Part shown: piece by piece, positions 18,090 to 26,282 of the stretch
How positions within the stretch are numbered: position 1 is the first letter of the stretch
Layout of the letters: each line of letters begins with the position of its first letter
Assembly (NCBI GenBank): GCA_030149205.1
Contig: JASBSB010000001.1
Span: 690,001-722,000, forward strand
Direction: 5' to 3'
DNA from: Candidatus Heimdallarchaeota archaeon
GTDB lineage: Archaea > Asgardarchaeota > Heimdallarchaeia > Heimdallarchaeales > Kariarchaeaceae
DNA length: 32,000 nucleotides
Notes under the pieces: model-generated
Told to the model about the DNA's origin: nothing
What the model saw: the letters and a program-made list of their open reading frames with translations, nothing else
Database searches by the model: none
Made by a program: the position numbers and the translations under genes

Positions 18090-20381
18090 ATGAATAATGC
18101 CAGGTTTCTGATAGTTTTTCTGGTGGTGATAAGTTCTGCTTGTGTTATAACACCTCAAATAACCACAGCAGACATCTTTAAAACAACAATGGATTTTGAG
18201 AGCACTTGGATTCCACTGCAGATCACATCACAAAATGAGGATTATTCCGAACTAAACAAAGTTCAGAGGTTCTCTAATGACAAATTTTCTCAAAAGAATA
18301 TTAATCATTTGAATGAATTTATTCCACAATACATTGGGGCGAATGTACTAGAGTTTTCAACATTTATAGGAGGTACATCAGAAAGCAGTTTTTTTAATGC
18401 CGCTACAGATAGTAATGGAAACGTCTATATCATTGGAGAAACCTTTGCAACGGATTTCCCCGTATTAAATGCTTTTCAAAACACAAGTAAAGGTGGGTAT
18501 GATTCAGTCATTATGAAATTCAACTCAACTGGTTCACTCCTCTTCTCGACCTATTTTGGTGGCTTGGGAACTGACTGGGGAAGAGATGTAACTGTTGACA
18601 GCAAGGACAACGTCTATATCACAGGGCTCACTTCTTCAACAGACTTTCCAACCACCTCTGGAGCAATTCAAAAAACATATGGTGGTGGTGCATATGATGC
18701 ATTTCTTAGTAAATTTAACTCAACAGGCAATCTCCTTTATTCAACCTATCTGGGAGGGAATAAAGATGAGGAAAGTTATAAAATTGTCACAGACAGCCAG
18801 GACAACCTTTATTTCTCTGGTACAACCTCTTCTCTAGATTTTCCAACTCTTCACGCTTTACAATCAAGCTATAATGGAGGCCCCATAGATAACGTTCTTA
18901 CTAAGTTTAACTCATCAGGTTCACTCATCTTTTCAACTTATCTGGGAGGCGATGGAAGGGATACGTCAGGAGGGTTAGCTATAGATCAGAATGATAATAT
19001 CGTACTCGGAGGAAGCACAGACTCAACAAATTATCCTATTCTTAAGGCGTATCAAAAGTCAAAAAATGGACAAACGGATGTAGTACTCACCAAATTCAAC
19101 TCAACTGGGTCACTCCTCTTCTCAACTTATTTTGGGGCATCAACCTTTGATAATGGCAATGATGTCGCTGTAGATAGCAAAAACAATATCTATGTAACAG
19201 GATCAACAGATTCCTTGAGTTTTCCAACAATAAATGCATATCAAACCTCCTATGGTGGGGGAGTATTTGATGCATTTCTAAGCAAATTTAACTCGAGTGG
19301 TTCACCCCTCTTCTCCACTTTTCTTGGTGGAATAAACCAAGATGTTACAACTGGAGTGGCTGTCGATAGTAGAGACAATGCTTACATTATAGGAGGAACA
19401 TACTCCTCAAACTTTCCAACCTTGAATGCCTATAACAGAACATATGGCGGGACAGGCGATGTTTTTTTAAGTAAATTTAACTCAACGGGTTCTTTCCTAT
19501 TTTCTAGCTATTTCGGAGGAACTTCAGAAGACTTACCAGGAGGTGTAACTGTATCCAGAAAAGACAATATATACATAGCGGGTGCAACCTATTCTCCAAA
19601 TTTTCCAATACAAAAGGCCTATCAAGCAACAAAACCAAGTTCAAACACGGTTAGAACTTCATTTTTTGCACAGCTAGACCTTACAGCACCTACCAAAATC
19701 AAAACATTAAATGCCACTGCAGTATCTGGATCACAAATCAACCTTCACTGGTCTCCAGCGACTGACGATCAAGGAGTTAAAGGTTACAATATCTTTAGAG
19801 ATGGGGCTTACATTGGATCTATCCCAAGCACTTCTTTTGCAGATATTGAATTAAAAGAATTAAGTAGCCATAGTTACACTGTCTCTGCATTTGATAAAAT
19901 TGGGCATATAGGAAAACAATCCGCTACTGTGACGGTGAGCACACTTGATGTAACTGCCCCTACAAGGGTCAACGCACTCAATATACTGTTTGTAAGTGAT
20001 ACACAACGTGAACTGAATTGGAACCCAGCAACTGACAATATGGCAGTCACTACCTATAACATCTACAGAGATGGAATTCTCCTCAATACAACCGTAAAAA
20101 CTAGCTACTTGGACTCTGGTCTTAAAGGGGGTACAACTTACACCTACACTGTGGCTGCTGTTGATGCAGCAGGAAATATAGGTGTACAGTCGAAACCTGT
20201 GACTATTACTACACAAACTCCTGTCCCGACCCAAACTCCTCAACCGTCTACATCCAAAACTCAGACCCCTACAAGCACCATCAAAGGAGGCACACCCTTC
20301 CCATTCCTCCCACTCCTTTTCGGGTTGATGCTGATCGTAGTTTGGAGACGCAAGAACATTAAAGTTATCAAATTTAAATAA
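18090..20381 (+). CDS. Cell-surface protein: signal peptide, 7 SBBP beta-propeller repeats, 2 FN3 domains, P/T linker, TPFPF-TM-basic tail
   Basis: Seven [AT]xDSxxNxYxxGxTxSxxFP repeats; two WxxATD...Y.I.RDG...Y.V.A.D.xG FN3 units; tail GGTPFPFLPLLFGLMLIVVWRRKNIK. Confidence 0.9.
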   Translation: MNNARFLIVFLVVISSACVITPQITTADIFKTTMDFESTWIPLQITSQNEDYSELNKVQRFSNDKFSQKNINHLNEFIPQYIGANVLEFSTFIGGTSESSFFNAATDSNGNVYIIGETFATDFPVLNAFQNTSKGGYDSVIMKFNSTGSLLFSTYFGGLGTDWGRDVTVDSKDNVYITGLTSSTDFPTTSGAIQKTYGGGAYDAFLSKFNSTGNLLYSTYLGGNKDEESYKIVTDSQDNLYFSGTTSSLDFPTLHALQSSYNGGPIDNVLTKFNSSGSLIFSTYLGGDGRDTSGGLAIDQNDNIVLGGSTDSTNYPILKAYQKSKNGQTDVVLTKFNSTGSLLFSTYFGASTFDNGNDVAVDSKNNIYVTGSTDSLSFPTINAYQTSYGGGVFDAFLSKFNSSGSPLFSTFLGGINQDVTTGVAVDSRDNAYIIGGTYSSNFPTLNAYNRTYGGTGDVFLSKFNSTGSFLFSSYFGGTSEDLPGGVTVSRKDNIYIAGATYSPNFPIQKAYQATKPSSNTVRTSFFAQLDLTAPTKIKTLNATAVSGSQINLHWSPATDDQGVKGYNIFRDGAYIGSIPSTSFADIELKELSSHSYTVSAFDKIGHIGKQSATVTVSTLDVTAPTRVNALNILFVSDTQRELNWNPATDNMAVTTYNIYRDGILLNTTVKTSYLDSGLKGGTTYTYTVAAVDAAGNIGVQSKPVTITTQTPVPTQTPQPSTSKTQTPTSTIKGGTPFPFLPLLFGLMLIVVWRRKNIKVIKFK

Positions 20382-20590
20382 ATATCTATCTGACCTATTC
20401 AAAGAATTTAGGTGATATATTCAATCGGATATAGATTAAGGAAAGAGTTTCTATTCCCTCAAACAAATTGAACGGTGTTAAATATATATCTGCATCATGA
20501 GCCATTTTAATTGCATTTTTACATACATCGCTTTGCCAAATTCACTCGATATCCCTAAGATTTAATTAATATAACTTTGAAAGAACACTC

Positions 20591-23116
20591 ATGAAATACT
20601 CTGTATTTTTTCTAACGGTTTTGTTAGTCTTAAGCTCTGGGGTGGGCTTGAATCATCAACCCATCATGAAGAACACCCCAGCATTAAGGACTACCAGAAG
20701 GAACCGCCCTCTGCAGCTGATCCCTAAAATCCAACTAAAAGGAGACGTTGCACAGGCCAGGAAACTTATGCAAAGAACAAAATTCAAGGGCTTTCTGATA
20801 AACAGGGGACAGAACCCTGACAGGTCTGTAAAGTACTACATGGCATCTCCAAGCTCTGCCATCGGCTTCTCAACATCGATGATACACTTGAGAAAGAAAA
20901 TGAATGGGACAAATATCTACTTCTCCCTCACCTTCCCCGGCTCAAACAAAGTGGAACCACAGGGAATTAAGCCAATATTAACCTCCACCAATTATTATCT
21001 TGGAATGGTGAGGATTGGGGGTGTTGCTACTTACTCTGAGGTCTGGTATTATAATCTTTACAAGGGGATAGACCTGAGATACTACCTGAACAGCAAGGGC
21101 TTAAAGTACGAGTTTGTTGTTCGTCCGGGGGCAGATGCACAGCAAATCAACATTCGGGCCAGTGACAACATGAGGGTCTCCCTTTTGAGTGGTACACAGC
21201 TGGGATTACTCTCTGGAGGTACCACTCTGCTGAGTGACAGTGCACTTCAAGTGTACCAGCAGGGCAAAATAATTCCTGCTGGGTTTGCATTGCATTCAAT
21301 TAATAGCTACAGCTTTCACATCAGTAGCTATGACAAGGCAGCGATATTGACTATTGATCCATTGCTACTGGGATTCTCAACATACCTGGGAGGTTCAGAC
21401 GGTGATTATGCAAATGGTGTCGCCACTGACAGCTCAGGAAATATCTATGTGACGGGATACACCCTCTCCAGCAACTTTCCAACCTTGAATGCTTATCAGA
21501 AAACATCTGGTGGGAGTTATGACGGATTTCTTTCAAAATTCAGTCCAACTGGGTCACTCCTCTTCTCAACATACCTAGGAGGGAGTGGTGGTGATTTTGC
21601 AAACGGTGTCGCCACTGACAGCACGGGAAATGCCTTTATCATTGGAGGGACCTACTCCACCAACTTCCCAACCCTGAATGCCTACCACACAACAAATACT
21701 GGTGGTTCCGATGCATTTCTCAGTAAGTTCAGCCCAAGTGGTGCCCTCCTCTTCTCAACATACCTCGGGGGAAGTGGGGATGATTATGGATATGCAGCGG
21801 CAACAGACAGCAGCGGGAATGTCTATGTCACGGGAGAAACCTCCTCCAGGATCTTTCCACTCCTGAATGCCTACCAAGCATATTATGGTGGTTCCGGGGA
21901 TGCATTTCTCAGTAAGTTCAGCTCAACTGGGTCACTCCTCTTCTCAACCTACCTAGGAGGGAGTGGGATTGATTATGCAAATGGGGTGGCAACAGACAGC
22001 AGCGGGAATGTCTACCTCACTGGGTCTACCTCCTCCACTAACTTCCCAACCACCCTCGGTGCTTATCAGAAAACATCTGGCGGGAGTGATGACGCATTCC
22101 TCACCAAAATGGATCTCACCCCACCAAGTCAGGTGACTGGAATTTCGGCCACACCTATTTCAAGGTCACAGATTAATCTAAAGTGGAAGGCAGCAACAGA
22201 TAATACAGCGGTAAAGGCATACAAGGTGTATAGAAATGGAGTATTCATCAAAACTGTCTCTGGTAACTTCACTGATGTGGGGCTGCATGAAGCGACAAGG
22301 TATAACTACACTGTTGCAGCAGTAGATACGGCAGGCAACATGGGACAAATGTCACTCCAAGTAAGCACTGTAACCCTCGACCTCACTGCACCTTCATTGG
22401 TCACGGGGCTCAGGACAACTGCGATATCAGGAACACAGATTAACCTGAGATGGAATGCTTCCACAGATAACGTAGGAGTCACGGGCTATAAAGTCTACAG
22501 AGATGGGGTGTTTATCACCACAGTGACAACAACAAACTTCACAGACTCTGGGCTTAGTGAGGCAACCACCTACAGCTACACGGTAGAGGCTGGTGATGCT
22601 GCTGGGAATCTGGGGCAGCTTTCCCAAGTCTCCTCTGCAACAACATTTGATACCATGCCACCAGGGCAGGTTAATGGGGTAACAGCCATCGCAGTATCAA
22701 ACTCATCTGTTCTGCTCAGATGGAACGCAACATCAGACAATATCGCTGTCACGGGGTATAAGATCTACAGGGATGGGGTGCTGGTAGGAACAGCAAAAGG
22801 TGAACTATATCTGGACACTGGCTTGACACCAGGAGGAAAATACAGCTACACGGTGGCTGCTGTTGACGCGGCTGGAAACACCGGACTGAAATCAACCGCT
22901 ATAAGTGTACAAACCCCTGTCCCAACTCGGACTCCCACACAAACGCCAACTCCGGATCAACCTTTTACAACACCTCAGCCGTCCACTACCACAAATCAGA
23001 GCCCCACAAGCACCACCAAAGGAGGTACCCCCTTCCCATTCCTCCCACTGTTACTTGGAATGATGCTGATCGTAGTGTGGAGAAGAAAAATCAAAAGGGT
23101 TTTTAGGTTTAAATAA
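20591..23116 (+). CDS. Cell-surface protein: signal peptide, N-terminal SBBP-associated domain, 4 SBBP repeats, 3 FN3 domains, P/T linker, TPFPF-TM-basic tail
   Basis: N-terminal GFLINRGQ...TNYY.G...YNLYKGIDLRYY...LKYEFVVRPGAD...YD...LTIDP domain typical of SBBP proteins; four ATDSxGN repeats; three FN3 units; tail GGTPFPFLPLLLGMMLIVVWRRKIK. Confidence 0.9.
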   Translation: MKYSVFFLTVLLVLSSGVGLNHQPIMKNTPALRTTRRNRPLQLIPKIQLKGDVAQARKLMQRTKFKGFLINRGQNPDRSVKYYMASPSSAIGFSTSMIHLRKKMNGTNIYFSLTFPGSNKVEPQGIKPILTSTNYYLGMVRIGGVATYSEVWYYNLYKGIDLRYYLNSKGLKYEFVVRPGADAQQINIRASDNMRVSLLSGTQLGLLSGGTTLLSDSALQVYQQGKIIPAGFALHSINSYSFHISSYDKAAILTIDPLLLGFSTYLGGSDGDYANGVATDSSGNIYVTGYTLSSNFPTLNAYQKTSGGSYDGFLSKFSPTGSLLFSTYLGGSGGDFANGVATDSTGNAFIIGGTYSTNFPTLNAYHTTNTGGSDAFLSKFSPSGALLFSTYLGGSGDDYGYAAATDSSGNVYVTGETSSRIFPLLNAYQAYYGGSGDAFLSKFSSTGSLLFSTYLGGSGIDYANGVATDSSGNVYLTGSTSSTNFPTTLGAYQKTSGGSDDAFLTKMDLTPPSQVTGISATPISRSQINLKWKAATDNTAVKAYKVYRNGVFIKTVSGNFTDVGLHEATRYNYTVAAVDTAGNMGQMSLQVSTVTLDLTAPSLVTGLRTTAISGTQINLRWNASTDNVGVTGYKVYRDGVFITTVTTTNFTDSGLSEATTYSYTVEAGDAAGNLGQLSQVSSATTFDTMPPGQVNGVTAIAVSNSSVLLRWNATSDNIAVTGYKIYRDGVLVGTAKGELYLDTGLTPGGKYSYTVAAVDAAGNTGLKSTAISVQTPVPTRTPTQTPTPDQPFTTPQPSTTTNQSPTSTTKGGTPFPFLPLLLGMMLIVVWRRKIKRVFRFK
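21374..22110 (+). repeat. Four intragenic tandem coding repeats with a 189-bp period
   Basis: TTCTCAAC(A/C)TACCT starts at 21374, 21563, 21752 and 21941; identical 24-mer at 21710/21899 and identical 27-mer at 21799/21988. Confidence 0.95.
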
Positions 23117-23605
23117 TTCAAAATAAATTCAGAATTTAATCACTTAATTTACAGTCTCTGTTATAGTAATATACATATTCTATTGAACTCAAGCTTGAAT
23201 TAAACGGATTAAATACGACTACAGTGAATAAGAAATTTATTTACAACTCACGGAAGATAATGGAGATAATATTCAAAGTTTTGACCCTGATATCATTTTC
23301 CAATTATTAAGATTGAAATCAAATATTCGGGTCTTCCTAATGATGTGACAGTATAACTAACAGACCGAAATCTCCGAAATTTCGAATAGATTTAGCGTTA
23401 ATCTTAACGTCCAGATTAAAGCACCTCTAAGTAATCCTTTGTGAAATTATGGGTTCCGTGATAATGTTCCTTAGAACCTGAATATTATTGGAAATTGCTT
23501 ACAATGTAGAAGCCATTTGTTACATCATAATTGGAAAGTATGGACATTAGCACCAAATTTGATAGAATTATGAGGTAGATTGGCAATTCATGTTATTGTG
23601 CAAAA

Positions 23606-24136
23606 TTAAGAGCCCTGTTCATAAACAGCTCTGTTTAAATAGGGGGCAATGGCCATTAAAAGACTAAAATCAAATGCCTCCTTTCTCGTGAGTGCTGAAC
23701 CTGTGAGATACCCGACTGCACCCTCAGACTGTTTCGTGTTGTGTTGATGCAAAACCCTGTCCAAGACATCACCAAGCTCACCCTCACCATCGATCACTGG
23801 CTTCCAGAGCTGATAGGGTAACTTTACAAGAACCTCCCCACCAAATGAGTGAGTCACACCATCAGTTACACAGGTTGTGGCAAACAAATAATAGTCGGAA
23901 TCAACCTGACAGAGTCCACCTTCCAAACCCACACCTAGATCTGCCTCGGCCTGTCTCAATGATGCATCAGCTCGGTTCCATGCACCTCTCCGCGTCTCAT
24001 CCTTAGTCATTGGCATTGCACTCACCCCGGATGATACATCAACTGCTATGAAAGATGCTGTGATTTTATAACGTTTCAAACAGTATTCCACAGATTCAAT
24101 CTTCCTGGGATTCTTCGATCCGATGGAGATTTTCAT
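23606..24136 (-). CDS. yjjX: Inosine/xanthosine triphosphatase (YjjX / DUF84 family)
   Basis: MKISIGSKNPRKI, VSSGVSAMPM..ETRRGAWNRA, VGLEGG, GELGDV, GAVGYLT, TRKEAF. Confidence 0.9.
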   Translation of the reverse strand: MKISIGSKNPRKIESVEYCLKRYKITASFIAVDVSSGVSAMPMTKDETRRGAWNRADASLRQAEADLGVGLEGGLCQVDSDYYLFATTCVTDGVTHSFGGEVLVKLPYQLWKPVIDGEGELGDVLDRVLHQHNTKQSEGAVGYLTGSALTRKEAFDFSLLMAIAPYLNRAVYEQGS

Positions 24137-24202
24137 ACTGTTAGTTCCCCACAGACTTTATCAGCATTGCGTTTTTTCTAAATAGGTAAATCTCATGTAC
24201 AG

Positions 24203-24297
24203 CAACGTATAGTAAATTTCTCCCAACGTATAGTAAGAAACACTAATGTATAGCACAACCTCAAATATGTATAGTATAATTCTAAAGATGTATAGTA
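24203..24297 (+). repeat. Five phased direct repeats, consensus AAYGTATAGTA (iteron/operator-like)
   Basis: GTATAG at 24207, 24228, 24248, 24269 and 24290 (spacings 21, 20, 21, 21). The first two share an identical 13-mer CAACGTATAGTAA. Confidence 0.85.
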
Positions 24298-24531
24298 CCC
24301 ACACAAATCACCCCAAGAACACTTTAACAACAATGAGCTCTGGAGAAAACCCAGATGGCCAGACCAGAATCCACAAGATTAGAGAGAGCAACAACCGTGC
24401 AGAATAGGATAAGAATCGACCAAGACAATGAGAAACTTGAGAGAAAGATACCAGATCAATGAAAAACATGTTCTTTATAGGTCGAAAAATCGCCCAACTG
24501 ATGGTGGGCAGTAAAAAGTCACTAGAATCAG

Positions 24532-24553
24532 TTTACTATACATCACACTATAC
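24532..24553 (-). repeat. Two inverted copies of the GTATAG repeat unit
   Basis: TTTACTATACAT (24532-24543) is the reverse complement of ATGTATAGTAAA; a second CTATAC lies at 24548-24553. Confidence 0.7.
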
Positions 24554-25015
24554 ACTAATTAAATTAATTGCAAACATTGTATTCATTATAATAATTCATC
24601 ACTCCACTTCTGGTCTTATACAATTCAATTCGGATGAGAAAACAGGCAAGAGCGATATCCAAAACGTATATGTTTCCCAGGAAAAATTAATTACAAGGAC
24701 AGTGTTCTTCTTCCTCCTAATGTAAAAGGGCATCTTAACCTGAGCAGCCAGTACATAGCCACAATCTTAAAACCCAAGGGAGATATCAACCTTTGTGCTA
24801 TTTCAAAACTCCTGAGGAATCAGGTTGGAACCGTTAAAGAATATTCGCTACGCACCCAGAACCCAATAGTAAACGTTTAGTGTTTATAATCCTGCCAATC
24901 CATTATATTTAGGTAATCTTAGTTTTAGTGCGTTTTAGTAACCTTGTCGAATGCATCTACCTCACGGGTTTGCCCTTTAAAAAAAAAGTAAGCGATTCAA
25001 CTGAAAATAGCAAAT

Positions 25016-25031
25016 TATGACATATGTCATA
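25016..25031. promoter_or_regulatory. Perfect 16-bp palindrome TATGACATATGTCATA (candidate dimeric protein-binding site)
   Basis: Self-reverse-complementary; a related TGAC-N5-GTCA lies at 25065-25077. Function is inferred. Confidence 0.5.
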
Positions 25032-25200
25032 TTTCTCGTATTTACAGAGAAATTTTAGAATGTATGACATGTAGTCAATTTAACCTCTATAGTTTCAGAA
25101 ATCAACGATCTGGATCAACATTTTGGAGAACATTTTAATTAAACGAACATATGAATAAAAAAATGTACCAAGCAGATTTAGAAATTTTAGCATGTGGCAA

Positions 25201-26160
25201 ATTCTGAGAATTATATAAAAATAAGCCTAGAATAAAAAATTTTACTTAAAATTTCAAATAATAATCAAGATTATAAATATTATATTAATTAAACAAATTT
25301 ACGAATATTTTCATTTAATATTTAACATTCAAAAATAAAAGTTTTAACTAGTTGTATTATTTTTTGCAACATCCAAAAAACTCTTGCAGTTTATTATAAT
25401 TTTTAATTAGCTGTTTTCACAAAAAAATATACTTCAAATATTTTAGAAGTATAATTTCATACCCAGCTTGTATAATGTTTCTAATCAATAACAAGCAAAT
25501 ATGAAAATTTTTATTAATTAGGCAATTATTATTAGAATAATTGATGGAATTCTTCTTTTATAATTAGATTTAGAATATCTGTAACATTAAAAAATTCAAG
25601 TAATATTGATAATTAATTGAATATATTTATTCAAAATACTAAAATTTAATTTAAAAATGTCTGAATTTTTATCAAAACTGTTAAAATAATTATACTAAAT
25701 TTTAGAAATTTTTGTAATAATAATCTGAAATAAATTTTTTAAATTTTAGAGCCAATAGACTACTAATTTTCGTGATAATTCTATGTTTCGTTTTATGTGA
25801 ACGCATATTATTTATCTAATATATTAAATAAATACAATAATTAAAGTTTATATTAAAAATATAAATTTATTTTAATTAAATATATTTACATATTAATCAT
25901 ATTTATATTATAAATAAATAGATTTTGAATATCACTAATACATTAGAGAAAAGTTATATTAAAATAAATATGATATTTACTCAAAGACAGTTAATATAAA
26001 TATATTTAACCCAAAATCAAAATATTGAAAATACATCATATTTATTTTGAAAATAATTTGATAATCTGAGGATAATCATGTAAATATTGAAAAAATAACA
26101 ATATGATGATTTAATTTATAATAGATTTATTTAATATATTATTTATTAAAAAAATTTTTA
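25201..26160. other. Extremely AT-rich non-coding tract
   Basis: Hand count of about 143 G+C in 960 nt (~15% GC); no ORF in the supplied track and all frames I read are stop-rich. Confidence 0.9.
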
Positions 26161-26282
26161 GAAGTTTAGTGTTTTTGAGAATTTTCAATGAGTTGCAGTT
26201 GTATCTGAAGTTTACATCATTCACTTCGATCTTGATTACTTCTAATTTAACATTCCCACTTTAATGTTGGTTTTATTCTAAA

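Noticed and set aside
18090-23116. Diversity-generating retroelement TR/VR pair among the repeats
   Set aside because: No reverse transcriptase in the window; the repeats are in-frame coding units and I saw no adenine-specific mismatch pattern.
23117-23605. Pseudogene of a secreted protein on the minus strand (LPIYLIILSNLVLMSILSNYDV..., FDFNLNNW)
   Set aside because: A signal-peptide-like stretch is present, but several stops and frameshifts are needed and no family similarity can be shown by eye.
24195-24300. CRISPR array
   Set aside because: The conserved unit is only ~9-13 bp with ~10-bp spacers; no cas genes and no palindromic 24-47-bp repeat.
24333-24461. Short purine-rich ORF fragments (e.g. 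MARPESTRLERATTVQNRIRIDQDNEKLERKIPDQ) as a transposase remnant
   Set aside because: Only ~36 aa with no DDE/HUH or other recognisable motif.
24459-24725. 88-aa ORF as a real gene
   Set aside because: No motif, no clear TATA/RBS, and it overlaps the inverted repeat copies; probably spurious.
25201-26280. AT-rich gene under an alternative genetic code
   Set aside because: The frames I read contain TAA, TAG and TGA stops, with no consistent single-codon readthrough; not tested exhaustively.
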